This document shows positions 1 to 9,022 of a stretch of DNA of 64,000 bases, in pieces. The stretch is taken from NCBI GenBank assembly GCA_964492135.1, contig CAZBJW010000003.1:9364-73363 (forward strand), written 5' to 3'. The position numbers were made by a program, and so were the translations under genes. This DNA is from an uncultured Anaerolineales bacterium. GTDB taxonomy: Bacteria > Chloroflexota > Anaerolineae > UBA7937 > B3-Chlor. Positions within the stretch are counted from its first letter, which is position 1, and each line of letters opens with the position of its first letter. The notes below the pieces were generated by a model. It ran no database searches. It saw only the letters and a list, made by a program, of their open reading frames with translations, and had not been told where the DNA came from.

Positions 1-733
1 CCATCGGCGCTGCCGAAAGGACAACTGGCATACGCTGTCGGCAAACCTCGATCAACAGCGTCGTCACGTCGGCCGCGAACTTGAGGGGGCTGACTATCCA
101 ACTGGTGATGAAGGAGACGATGGGCCGCTCGCGCAGCGGCTCGGCACCGCCTGAGATGCGCTCACATATCTCCACTACGTCGCGGATGCCCTGGATGGTA
201 TAGACACCGGCCTGGATGTGCTTGGTGGTATTCGCCAGCGCGGCGTAATACTTGTTGATCTCCACCGTCTGCTTTGGCAGGTCGGTGGGGTAGATAGGCA
301 GGAGATAAAAGTGGATGTTCTCCAGCGCGTCCACGATGCGCGCCATATCGGCCACGTCCCGGAGCACCGCCTTGCGGATTCTGCCTGTCTCCAGATCGAG
401 CACCTGCAGCGCCGCGCCACCGGTGCCGATGTGGACCCGCGCTCCCTCGAGGAACAGGTCATGCTCTGGGTCACGGCCGGCCAGCACCACCCGCGACGGC
501 GCTCTGTCTACCGCGTCCTCGACAAGGGACCGGGCCAACCGTACCCGGTTGGCATCTACATCTGCCCCGGCCTTCTTGAATAGCCGCAGCGCCTCGGGCT
601 CCTCCACCTGGACGCCGGTCCGCGCCAGGATCGCCAGCGACGCCTCGTGGATCTGTTTCACCTGCTCGTCGGTGAGCGGCTTATACCGCCCTCCGATCAA
701 GCCTTTGCCCGGTCCTCGGTATTTCTTGGCCAT
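1..733 (-). CDS. MttB-superfamily corrinoid-dependent methyltransferase (glycine betaine MtgB-like by context); first 244 codons only, 3' end lies beyond the window
   Basis: Hand translation of the minus strand from ATG at 733-731 gives MAKKYRGPGKGLIGGRYKPLTDEQVKQIHEASLAILARTGVQVEEPEALRLFKKAGADVDANRVRLARSLVEDAVDRAPSRVVLAGRDPEHDLFLEG... It stays open to position 1, so it has no stop in the window and is absent from the ORF track. The N-terminal pattern is typical of trimethylamine/glycine-betaine methyltransferases. Confidence 0.75.
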   Translation of the reverse strand, partial: MAKKYRGPGKGLIGGRYKPLTDEQVKQIHEASLAILARTGVQVEEPEALRLFKKAGADVDANRVRLARSLVEDAVDRAPSRVVLAGRDPEHDLFLEGARVHIGTGGAALQVLDLETGRIRKAVLRDVADMARIVDALENIHFYLLPIYPTDLPKQTVEINKYYAALANTTKHIQAGVYTIQGIRDVVEICERISGGAEPLRERPIVSFITSWIVSPLKFAADVTTLLIEVCRQRMPVVLSAAPM

Positions 734-850
734 ACGTCTTCCTTCCTTGCTATTAAGAAGCAGATTGACCCACTATCTTCGTCGCATGCCAATAGTGTCA
801 TACTTGCTTGCCCCGCCACCCCGTCCCGCTGACTTATGCTGCTCAGAGCC

Positions 851-1351
851 TCAATGTCTTCCAACCAACTCCACGGTCTGGACAATCTGGTTCAGATGGT
901 CCTCGTCGTGGGCGATCAGACCCTGAACCTGGTTACGCAACGTGGTCGCCGCCAATGTGAGATGGTGCGCCGGGCGCTCCCACGCTTCGGGCGCCAAAGC
1001 AGACAGGAAGGCCACTGTCTTGGCGCGCTCGTCGCGAAAGCTTGCCAGCGTCTCGCCCAACAGGGGAAACAGGTCAGGCATAGAGCGGGGCCAGATGGCC
1101 GGCACCTGCGGGGTATCCTCCGATGCGATGTGCCTCAGCCGGGCACGATAGCGGGGCTCGACATCGCTCAGATGGACTATGACCGCGACAATGCACCACT
1201 CTTCGGGCGACGGCCTGTGACACGCTATATCCTCTTCAACATCGGCTAGCATCTGGGCGATTCTACCGGGCATACAAGCCAGCAAGGCGATCAACGTTGC
1301 ATCGCTGGACGCTACGCTCGATGCATCGCTCTCTGTACACATGTTGACCAC
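851..1351 (-). CDS. DinB-family-like helical-bundle protein
   Basis: 166-aa ORF in the track. His-bearing helices (PAHHLTL, IAHDEDHLNQI) resemble the DinB/YfiT pattern. It is 7 nt from the upstream ADH gene, suggesting co-transcription. Confidence 0.45.
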   Translation of the reverse strand: MVNMCTESDASSVASSDATLIALLACMPGRIAQMLADVEEDIACHRPSPEEWCIVAVIVHLSDVEPRYRARLRHIASEDTPQVPAIWPRSMPDLFPLLGETLASFRDERAKTVAFLSALAPEAWERPAHHLTLAATTLRNQVQGLIAHDEDHLNQIVQTVELVGRH

Positions 1352-1358
1352 ATCTCTT

Positions 1359-2414
1359 TCAACGGATCACGAAGGCCTGCCGCGCCAGTACCTCGACGTC
1401 ATCCCGCTTCGCCGGGCGAGGGTTGGTTCTGGCATTGACGTTCACGACCGCCCGTTCGGCCAGCAGCGGCAGATCCGCCTGGGCGACCTCCACGTCCGGC
1501 ACTGCGAGTTCCGCGAACAACGTGTCCACGTCGCCCCGCACCCGCTCTACCAGCGGTGCGACGCGCGCGAACCTTTGCCCCAACGCTGGCCGGTTGTACT
1601 CCAGCACGGGATCCATACACCGCATCAGTATCAATCCATGGGGTAACTCGTGGTATAGCCCCCCGGTGACGTTACCCATGGCGTGCATCAGCCCTAGCCC
1701 GGCGTGCAGCATCGCAGCGCCCGTGAGCAGGCTGGCCTGCAGCATAGCGCTGCGGGCCGCCAAATCGTCGCCGTGCTCGACCGTCACTCGCAGCTGGGAC
1801 GCGGCCAGTTCCATCCCTCCCAAGGCCAGCGCGTCAGTAATCGGCGTGGCCGCGCTGGAGATGTAGGTCTCCAGACCGTGGATGAAGGCATCGATGCCGG
1901 TGAAGAGGGTGGTCTTTGGGGGCAGGCTCAGCGTCAGTTCCGGGTCGAGCAGCGCTAGGTCCGGCCACTGCGCCACGACACTCTCCTTTTCGCGTCTTTC
2001 GGTGTTGGTGATGACCGCCCAAGGAGAGATCTCACCGCCGGTGCCGGCTGTGGTCGGTACGGTACAGAGAAAGGTGGCGCCACACCGCTTCGCGATGACC
2101 TTGCCTGCGTCCATAGTGCTGCCGCCGCCGGCCGCGAGGACCGCACTGGCGCCCACGATCTTCCCCCGCTCCGCACCGCGTGCTACCGTCTCCCACGAGG
2201 GATTAGGCTCCACCTCGGCGAACGTTTCCACGCGCTCCCAGGTGGCCTCGCGCAGCCGTTTGGCGATGCGCTGCACCAGCGGCCGGGCCCACTCCTCCCG
2301 CGGAGCCACGAGCAGCAGTCGCCCGGCAGTGGCCGACGGGGTTACGTACTCGTCAACCCACTCGATCAGTCCTCGGCCGACCAACGTTCTGGTGGGCCAG
2401 CGGAACTCGTACAT
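1359..2414 (-). CDS. iron-containing (type III) alcohol dehydrogenase family protein
   Basis: 351 aa with a GGGSTMDAGK glycine-rich motif and a conserved His cluster (IHGLETY, HAMGNVTGGLYHELPHG). Confidence 0.85.
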   Translation of the reverse strand: MYEFRWPTRTLVGRGLIEWVDEYVTPSATAGRLLLVAPREEWARPLVQRIAKRLREATWERVETFAEVEPNPSWETVARGAERGKIVGASAVLAAGGGSTMDAGKVIAKRCGATFLCTVPTTAGTGGEISPWAVITNTERREKESVVAQWPDLALLDPELTLSLPPKTTLFTGIDAFIHGLETYISSAATPITDALALGGMELAASQLRVTVEHGDDLAARSAMLQASLLTGAAMLHAGLGLMHAMGNVTGGLYHELPHGLILMRCMDPVLEYNRPALGQRFARVAPLVERVRGDVDTLFAELAVPDVEVAQADLPLLAERAVVNVNARTNPRPAKRDDVEVLARQAFVIR

Positions 2415-2419
2415 CTCAC

Positions 2420-3055
2420 CTATCCCACCAGCGAGCGTGCCAATTCGATCGCCGAGGCCGCATCAGGTGCATAGCCGTCGGCCTCGATTTCACGGGAGAG
2501 GGCCTGGGTGACCGGAGCGCCGCCGATCATCACCTTCACATTATCCCGCAGGCCAGCTTCCACCAGCGCGTCAATCGTGTGCTTCATACTCGGCATGGTG
2601 GTGGTCAGCAAGGCCGACATGCCGACCAGGTCCGGCTGCTCCGTCTTCACGGCCTCGATGAACTTGTCGGGAGGGACGTCAATGCCCAGGTCAACGACCT
2701 CGAAACCGGCACCCTCCAGCATCATCCTCACCATGTTTTTGCCGATATCGTGCAGGTCGCCCTTGACGGTGCCCAGGACAACCTTGCCGGCCGAAGGCAC
2801 ATCGCTCTCGGCCAGCAACGGGCGCAGGATGTCCATGCCAGCATGCATAGCACGGGCAGCAATGAGTACCTCGGGCACAAACAGCTCACCGTCCCGGAAG
2901 TCCACACCAACCCGATCCATCCCGGCAAGGAGGCCATCATTGAGCACCTCCTCCGGCGTCATCCCTTCATCGAGCGCCTTCTGGGTCAGTTCGGCAACCG
3001 CATCGTCTTCACCGTCATACAGTTTCTCCGCGATCTGCTTGAGTATGTCGCTCAT
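2420..3055 (-). CDS. corrinoid (cobalamin-binding) methyl-carrier protein, MtgC/MtbC-like
   Basis: 211 aa with an N-terminal helical cap and a B12-binding Rossmann domain. It carries the DxHxxG motif (GDLHDIGKN) plus SALLTTT and MIGGAP. Confidence 0.9.
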   Translation of the reverse strand: MSDILKQIAEKLYDGEDDAVAELTQKALDEGMTPEEVLNDGLLAGMDRVGVDFRDGELFVPEVLIAARAMHAGMDILRPLLAESDVPSAGKVVLGTVKGDLHDIGKNMVRMMLEGAGFEVVDLGIDVPPDKFIEAVKTEQPDLVGMSALLTTTMPSMKHTIDALVEAGLRDNVKVMIGGAPVTQALSREIEADGYAPDAASAIELARSLVG

Positions 3056-3123
3056 CGGAAATCCTTTCCGGCGCGGATAGCCCCTCCTTCAGGTGTGGGG
3101 AGGAGCGCCGCGATTCTCCTTTT

Positions 3124-3152
3124 TTGCAAAGTTAGCAAATTTGTCCTATACT
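3124..3152 (+). promoter_or_regulatory. sigma70-like promoter match pointing antisense to the methyltransferase genes
   Basis: TTGCAA (3124-3129), a 17-nt spacer, then TATACT (3147-3152), read directly. No plus-strand gene lies downstream, so its function is uncertain. Confidence 0.25.
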
Positions 3153-3488
3153 GTTTGTAGGGTCGCAAGGCACTCCGCACGGCGGAGAAACGGCTTTTGC
3201 ACCTTAACAAGCGGAGGTAACGGGTTCTGCACACGAATCGCTGTGCGGGTAAAACCCTCGGCGTCAGGCTTAGCCTGTAACTCGCGGCGGATATTCTCCG
3301 TCGGGCTGTTGTCAACCAGCCATACGTCTCGGACACAGGACCTCCTGTGGCGCCAGGGACAAGCCCCTGGATTTATCTGTGGGGTAGTTGACTGTTCCTG
3401 CATCCTTTCTCGGGCACGTTAACTGGTAGATGCGTCGAGCGGGAGATAGACGCCCAATCCATCACTTCCCCATCTACGAATCCACCCC

Positions 3489-4391
3489 CTATCGCTTTTT
3501 CCGCCTCTTGCGATAGTGCTTGATGTACCTCATCGCGAACTCGTCCCGTCCCAGGAGTAGATCCACCGCCAGGACGGCCTCTCTGACCCTGGCCGCATTG
3601 ACGATAGGGGCATTGACGCCCTCTCTGATCGCCATTACCAGGAACGCCCAGTTGAGCACCTCGCGGTCCGGTAGACCGAAGGAGACGTTGCTGGCCCCCA
3701 GCGTCATGTTGACCCCCAGTTCAGCCCGAACCAGGCGGCTGGCCTCCAGCGTGACCAACGCAGCTTTGGAGTCGGACGCCACTGTCAGGGCCAGGCAGTC
3801 GATCAGGACGTCTTCGTGGGGGATGTCCAGAGCCTCGGCTCGTTCAACGATCTTGCGGGCGATCTCCAACCGTGTGTGGGGGTCGTCAGGGATGCCTCCC
3901 TCGTCCATACACAAGCCGATGACCGCCGCTCCGTGCTCGGCCACGAGGGGCAGCACCTGTTCCAGGTTCTTTTCCTCACCATTGATCGAGTTAACCAACG
4001 GCTTGCCCTGGTAGACTTCCAGGGCGGCGGCCAAGGCATTAGGGTCTGGCGTATCGATGCTGAGGGGAACCTCTACCACCTCCTGGATCATCTCCACAGC
4101 ACGGGGCAGCAGCGCCACCTGATCCACCCCGACGGCGCCCATGTTAACATCAATCACGTCGGCGCCAGCGGCCACCTGGTTCTGAGCCTCGCTCTTGACG
4201 ATCTCCACGTTGCCCGCCACCAATGCAGCCGCCAGTCCCTTGCGCCCGGTGGGGTTGATCCGCTCGCCGATGAGCACTGTAGGGCGATCGGGAGCAATGC
4301 GAACGGTACCTTTTGTTCCCTTGAGAACGGTCTCCATGGCTCTCAACCCTTCTGTACCAATGGAGTCTTGGGCAACGATCGGGCCGACCAC
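3489..4391 (-). CDS. methylcorrinoid:tetrahydrofolate methyltransferase (pterin-binding domain; MtgA/AcsE/MetH-like)
   Basis: 300 aa with IGERINPTGRK and DVIDVNMG, typical of pterin-binding TIM-barrel methyltransferases. The true start is probably the internal Met (METVLKG) at 4337. Confidence 0.85.
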   Translation of the reverse strand: MVGPIVAQDSIGTEGLRAMETVLKGTKGTVRIAPDRPTVLIGERINPTGRKGLAAALVAGNVEIVKSEAQNQVAAGADVIDVNMGAVGVDQVALLPRAVEMIQEVVEVPLSIDTPDPNALAAALEVYQGKPLVNSINGEEKNLEQVLPLVAEHGAAVIGLCMDEGGIPDDPHTRLEIARKIVERAEALDIPHEDVLIDCLALTVASDSKAALVTLEASRLVRAELGVNMTLGASNVSFGLPDREVLNWAFLVMAIREGVNAPIVNAARVREAVLAVDLLLGRDEFAMRYIKHYRKRRKKR

Positions 4392-4438
4392 GACCAGCGG
4401 TGGCCGGCCCTCGCGTTACCTCTGACCTGACGGATGCG

Positions 4439-5398
4439 CTAATCGCCGCAACTCTCGATCAGGTCGTTCTCCAACAGGAAGTTGCAGGCCACATCCCGCG
4501 GGTCCTGCTCGTCGCCGGTGTCTAGCTCATTGTCAGCGCCCACATCAACCAAGGCGTTCAGCTGAGTCATAGTCTCGGTGTCAAGAGCGGAAGCGATGGG
4601 AGCCAAGATATCCTTGATCTCGGGGTACTTGTCCAACACCTCTTTGCGAACCACCGGTGCAGGGTTGTAGATGGGGAAGAAATGCTGATCATCCGCTAGG
4701 TTAAAGAAGCCCCAAGCAGCGATGCGCCCGTCGGTAGCGAAGCCCATGGCCACATCGCACTCCCCATCGCGCAGAGCCTTGTAGGTCACCCCGATCTCCA
4801 TAGTGGTCACGTAGTCCTCGTTAAACTGGAACCCGTAGGCTTCCGCCATGGCGGGGTAACCATCGGGCCGCACCGTCCACTCCATATCGCTGCAAAGTCG
4901 GGCGTTGGGGTTCTCGGCCAGATATGCGCCCAAGTCGGAGAGGGATTCTACGCCGTACTGCTCTCCCGCTTCCTTGGTCATCATCAGGGTATAGGTGTCG
5001 TCGAAGGGAGCGTAGTCCAGCCAGATCAAGCCCTTCGCCGCGTCCTCGCCTGCAACCTTGTCGAAGATCTCCTGTGGGTCGGTGATCGATTCCTCATGAC
5101 CCAGGTGTACCATCCAGGCAGTACCCGTGTACTCCCAGTAGAGATCGACCTCGCCGGCCTCCAAGGCCTCACGGTTCACCACTGTCCCGCCCAGGTCTAT
5201 CTGGTTGCCAACGGTGAAGCCGGCCTCCTCCAGAGCCAGGACGGTCATCCACCCCAAGAGATACTGCTCCGTGAAGTTCTTAGAAGAGACGACGATGGGG
5301 CCCTTAGGAGCCGCAGTAGGGGTAGCGGCTGGAGCACAGCTGGTTGCCAATAGGCCCAGCACGGCCAACAAGACTAGAATCGTCAAGCACTTTCTCAT
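4439..5398 (-). CDS. glycine betaine/choline-type ABC transporter substrate-binding lipoprotein (OpuAC family)
   Basis: 319 aa with a signal peptide and lipobox (LLATSC). Aromatic-rich OpuAC-like segments are present (LYWEYTGTAW, PFDDTYTL). Confidence 0.8.
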   Translation of the reverse strand: MRKCLTILVLLAVLGLLATSCAPAATPTAAPKGPIVVSSKNFTEQYLLGWMTVLALEEAGFTVGNQIDLGGTVVNREALEAGEVDLYWEYTGTAWMVHLGHEESITDPQEIFDKVAGEDAAKGLIWLDYAPFDDTYTLMMTKEAGEQYGVESLSDLGAYLAENPNARLCSDMEWTVRPDGYPAMAEAYGFQFNEDYVTTMEIGVTYKALRDGECDVAMGFATDGRIAAWGFFNLADDQHFFPIYNPAPVVRKEVLDKYPEIKDILAPIASALDTETMTQLNALVDVGADNELDTGDEQDPRDVACNFLLENDLIESCGD

Positions 5399-5527
5399 CT
5401 CTTTCTCCCTTCCATCTGAGTATCACTTCTCAACGGTTCGAACCTCCCTCATCTTTCTGCCTCACATGCTGACCACCTCCGGTAACTCGTAAACGATTTT
5501 CCACTGCTTCTTGGATGATTAGAGTAA

Positions 5528-6286
5528 TCAATGAGGGGGTGCCACAAGCGCCTCCACCTTACCCATGATAAAATCGAGGAGCATGGCAAAAACGGCGGTG
5601 AGGGTGCCGCCGGTGATGACCATAGCGTTTCGCCTAACGCGGATCCCAGTGGCGATGGGCTGCCCTAAAGTTGGCCAACCGATAAAAGTGGCCAGGGCGG
5701 CAGTGCCCACATTGATGACCACCGCCGTGCGGATGCCGGCGAAGATAACCCTTAGAGCCAGAGGGATCTCGATCCTGGTCAATATCTGGCCCTGGGTCAT
5801 CCCCATCCCTCGCGCGGCCTCTATAATAGCCGGATCCACCTCTTCGATGCCCACAGAGGTATTGCGCACTATCGGCAGAAGAGCGTAAAGCCAGAGGGCG
5901 AAGATGGAGGGCTTTAGACCGAGGCCCAGAAAGATATACGATAGGCCCAGGATGGCCATGCTCGGTACAGTCTGACCTATGTTTGCCAACCCCAAGATCA
6001 GCCCCGCGAAATCCTTGAAGCCCGGGCGGGTGATAAAAATGCCTGCCGGTATGCCCACCAAAATGGCCAGGGACGAGGCTATCAGGATCACCTGTATGTG
6101 CTTTATCGTGAACTTGATGAGGTGGTGCGGGGTTACGACCCTGGAATCCATGGTCCCCGGTTGGACCCTGGCGATCACGAGGAGATAGAGAAGCGCTATG
6201 GCGACGACGCATAAGCTGGGTACGATGAGCCAGCCCAGAATGTCTTGAAGGGTGATTCGCTTGTGAGATTGACGGCTCTTGCCCAC
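5528..6286 (-). CDS. osmoprotectant ABC transporter permease
   Basis: 252 aa, multi-TM, with an EAA-type loop (IIEAARGMGMTQGQILTRIEIPLA). Confidence 0.85.
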   Translation of the reverse strand: MGKSRQSHKRITLQDILGWLIVPSLCVVAIALLYLLVIARVQPGTMDSRVVTPHHLIKFTIKHIQVILIASSLAILVGIPAGIFITRPGFKDFAGLILGLANIGQTVPSMAILGLSYIFLGLGLKPSIFALWLYALLPIVRNTSVGIEEVDPAIIEAARGMGMTQGQILTRIEIPLALRVIFAGIRTAVVINVGTAALATFIGWPTLGQPIATGIRVRRNAMVITGGTLTAVFAMLLDFIMGKVEALVAPPH

Positions 6287-6290
6287 CGGC

Positions 6291-7415
6291 CTACACCCCT
6301 CCTCTCTCGGTATAGGTCTCTCCCGCGTACTTTTGCAGGGCGCTAGAGGTGATGAGCCCCCTCAGCCGGGTCTCGTCGTCCACGACGCAAACGTAGCCGA
6401 TGTCGCAGGTCAACATCTCCGATAGAGCGTCCTTTAGGGTGGCCTCCATCCCCACCGTGGTGGCTACTGGATGGACTACGTCGCTGATCCAGCCCCTCTT
6501 CCCTTGGAGGGTCTTCCACGACACATAACCCTTGAGCACTCTGCCAGGATCGATAACCAAGAGGTTGTCCACATTCTCTTTTCGCATGTACTCCTCCACC
6601 TCTTCGATGCTCTGCGTCGTCATGGCGGTGAAGGGGTGATCGTCCATCACCTCATATACCCGCACCAGGTTTAGCCGCTTCAGGGTGCGGTCAGCCCCCA
6701 CAAAATCCTCGACGAACCTGTTGGCCGGATAGGCCAGGATCTCATCTGGGGTCCCATATTGCTCTAGGATGCCCCCCACCTGGAGTATAGCGATCTTGTT
6801 CCCCATCTTGATGGCCTCATTGATGTCATGGGTGACGAATATCACCGTCTTCTTCAGTTTCTCTTGCAGTCGTAGGAATTCATTTTGCAGCCGCTCTCTA
6901 GTTATGGGGTCGATGGCTCCAAAGGGCTCATCCATCAGCATCACCGGCGGATCAACACCCAACGCTCTCGCCACGCCGATCCGCTGCTTCTGGCCGCCAG
7001 ACAACTCATGAGGATAGCGGTTGCGGAATTCGGCAGGCTCCATGCCCATCAACCTCAGAAGTTCGTCGACCCGCGCGCTTATCCTCTCCTTGTCCCAGCC
7101 GAGAAGGTTGGCCACTGTAGCGATGTTATTCGTGATGGACATATGGGGGAAAAGGCCGATCTCCTGGATGACGTAGCCTATGCCTCGCCTCAATTCGATG
7201 GGATCCATCTTGGTGACATCCTTGCCGCCCACGTAGATGGTGCCACTGGTGGGCTCTATGAGCCGGTTCACCATCTTCATGGTAGTTGTCTTCCCGCAGC
7301 CTGAGGGGCCCACTAGGACACAGGTCTCGCCTTCAGGAACTTCCAAAGTCAAATCGGTCACCGCACATTCCGACTGACCGGGGTATATCTTGGTCACGTG
7401 CTCGAATCTGATCAT
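6291..7415 (-). CDS. osmoprotectant ABC transporter ATP-binding protein with C-terminal CBS pair
   Basis: 374 aa with Walker A GPSGCGKTT, signature LSGGQKQR and Walker B VMLMDEP. A C-terminal extension of about 120 aa looks CBS-like. Confidence 0.9.
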   Translation of the reverse strand: MIRFEHVTKIYPGQSECAVTDLTLEVPEGETCVLVGPSGCGKTTTMKMVNRLIEPTSGTIYVGGKDVTKMDPIELRRGIGYVIQEIGLFPHMSITNNIATVANLLGWDKERISARVDELLRLMGMEPAEFRNRYPHELSGGQKQRIGVARALGVDPPVMLMDEPFGAIDPITRERLQNEFLRLQEKLKKTVIFVTHDINEAIKMGNKIAILQVGGILEQYGTPDEILAYPANRFVEDFVGADRTLKRLNLVRVYEVMDDHPFTAMTTQSIEEVEEYMRKENVDNLLVIDPGRVLKGYVSWKTLQGKRGWISDVVHPVATTVGMEATLKDALSEMLTCDIGYVCVVDDETRLRGLITSSALQKYAGETYTERGGV

Positions 7416-7431
7416 AGGTCTCCCCCCTAAA

Positions 7432-8844
7432 CTAGGCTCTTTCTTCTCGCAGCCCCACCGGCGTGAGGAAGGTCTGAGCCCGTCCTAGAAGGTAATCTAC
7501 CAGTATGGCGAAGATGGAAACGCCCACCGCCCCGGCGAGCACCATCCTATCGCTGATCCTGCTTAAGCCATCGAATATGAAATCACCCAGGTTATCGACT
7601 CCGATGAGGGTGCCGATGGCGGCGATGCCCACGATCATGACCACGGAGACCCGCACGCCGGCCATGATAACCGGCACGGTCATCGGCAACTTGACCTTAA
7701 ATAAGAGCTGCCATTCGGTCATCCCCATACCTCTCCCCGCCTCGACAATGGCTGGGCTGACGTTTTTGATGCCGGTATAGGTGTTGCGCAGTATGGGCAA
7801 TTGGGCGTAGAGGATGAGGGCCACGGCGACGTTCAGGAAACCGATGCCGAAGAGGGGAATGAATAGGCCGAAGAGGGCGATGCTGGGTATAGTCAACATG
7901 ATACCAGCGGCGTAGAGCATGGACTCTGCCGCCCTCTCCCCGAGAATGAAGAGGAGGTAGAGGAGGAGAATCAATACGATCCCTATCAGGCTCATGCCTT
8001 GTGGCCTGGGCAGGGTACTCTTTAGCCAATCCGCTGTGGCCTCACCGAAGATCCCTCCTGAGCCAAGATAGAGGAGGATGAGGAGGGCGAGGGGCAACAA
8101 CAGTAGGAGATGGGAAAGGTGTGGGCGCCGAGGTGGCAAGGTGATTAGAATGCCTATGATCACCCCTAATACGATGGCGATGACCATGGAGAAGAGAACT
8201 AGCCAAGCGTGCTGGAGGGTCAAGTCGAGGAGTTTCTCCCTCTCCCCCCACATGTAGTAGACGTTGGTGGTGATGACATTCTCCACCCCGGTGACGAAAA
8301 ACCCTACCACAACTAAGATGGTCCACCCCAACAAAGCCACTCCCAGGACCCTTATGACGTCGCTGGCTAAGAGGTCATGGGCTGCCTGGAGGGCGAAGAG
8401 GAGAAGGAGAGCCCCATAGGCGATAGTAAGGATTTGAATGAATTGAATGATGCCCACTTCTTTGAGAGGATCCAGAACAGCGGCAGCGAACCCAACCCTT
8501 CCAGAGACCGCGATGATGAGGCTCAGAGGTACAACGAACAAAGAGAGGAGGTAACTCTGCTCTGCGAAATCGCCGCTGCCGCCAAACAACTTGACTATGA
8601 TATACAAGATAAAAGAGGCTATGAAGAATTCGGTGGCCGTGAAGAAGATCCAGCGGATCAGGCTTATCAGGATAGCCATCGCTGGGTCGGCTATACGTAT
8701 GGAGACTAGGCCTCCCACAAAGCCGGCGATGGCCAACCCCAGGACGGTTTTCAAAGGATCGGCTTTGCTCTTCTCATCCCCAAAAGCGTCAACGCTAGGC
8801 TTGGTCAGAACGTTTATCCAGCCGTAGAGTAGCTCCTGAAGCAC
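7432..8844 (-). CDS. fusion protein: N-terminal Yip1-like multi-TM domain plus osmoprotectant ABC permease domain
   Basis: 470 aa with a GTG start. The first ~200 aa are TM-rich and not permease-like (WINVLTKPSVDAFGDE...). The C-terminal half has the permease EAA loop (IVEAGRGMGMTEWQLLFKVKLPM). Confidence 0.75.
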   Translation of the reverse strand: MLQELLYGWINVLTKPSVDAFGDEKSKADPLKTVLGLAIAGFVGGLVSIRIADPAMAILISLIRWIFFTATEFFIASFILYIIVKLFGGSGDFAEQSYLLSLFVVPLSLIIAVSGRVGFAAAVLDPLKEVGIIQFIQILTIAYGALLLLFALQAAHDLLASDVIRVLGVALLGWTILVVVGFFVTGVENVITTNVYYMWGEREKLLDLTLQHAWLVLFSMVIAIVLGVIIGILITLPPRRPHLSHLLLLLPLALLILLYLGSGGIFGEATADWLKSTLPRPQGMSLIGIVLILLLYLLFILGERAAESMLYAAGIMLTIPSIALFGLFIPLFGIGFLNVAVALILYAQLPILRNTYTGIKNVSPAIVEAGRGMGMTEWQLLFKVKLPMTVPVIMAGVRVSVVMIVGIAAIGTLIGVDNLGDFIFDGLSRISDRMVLAGAVGVSIFAILVDYLLGRAQTFLTPVGLREERA

Positions 8845-9022
8845 AGACCCTCCAACCCTAGAGATCTATCTCGGACTGAGACGCTCCACTCCTCTTCCCC
8901 TTTTTGCAGCGTGTGCCTTTTGTCCCTCATTATGCAACTACGCTGCGATTCGTGAAACGATTGTACTCACTGTTTCCTAGTTATCGAACAGAGCATCGCA
9001 GCGAGACGGCGCTGAAAGCTGC

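Noticed and set aside
218-3160. Long plus-strand ORFs overlapping the minus-strand genes (for example 315-926, 1882-2511, 2508-3080, 2579-3160), with similar cases throughout the track
   Set aside because: They are antisense shadow ORFs typical of GC-rich DNA. Their composition is low-complexity and rich in Arg, Ser and Pro, they contain no recognisable motifs, and each fully overlaps a motif-supported gene on the other strand.
3230-3400. Cobalamin riboswitch on the minus strand upstream of the corrinoid protein gene
   Set aside because: Only loose string resemblances were found (AAATCCAGGGGC, CGCCACAGG, AGCCCGAC..CCGCC). I could not assemble the conserved B12 box or the multi-stem junction by eye. 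It is kept only as a structured-spacer finding, pending a covariance-model search.
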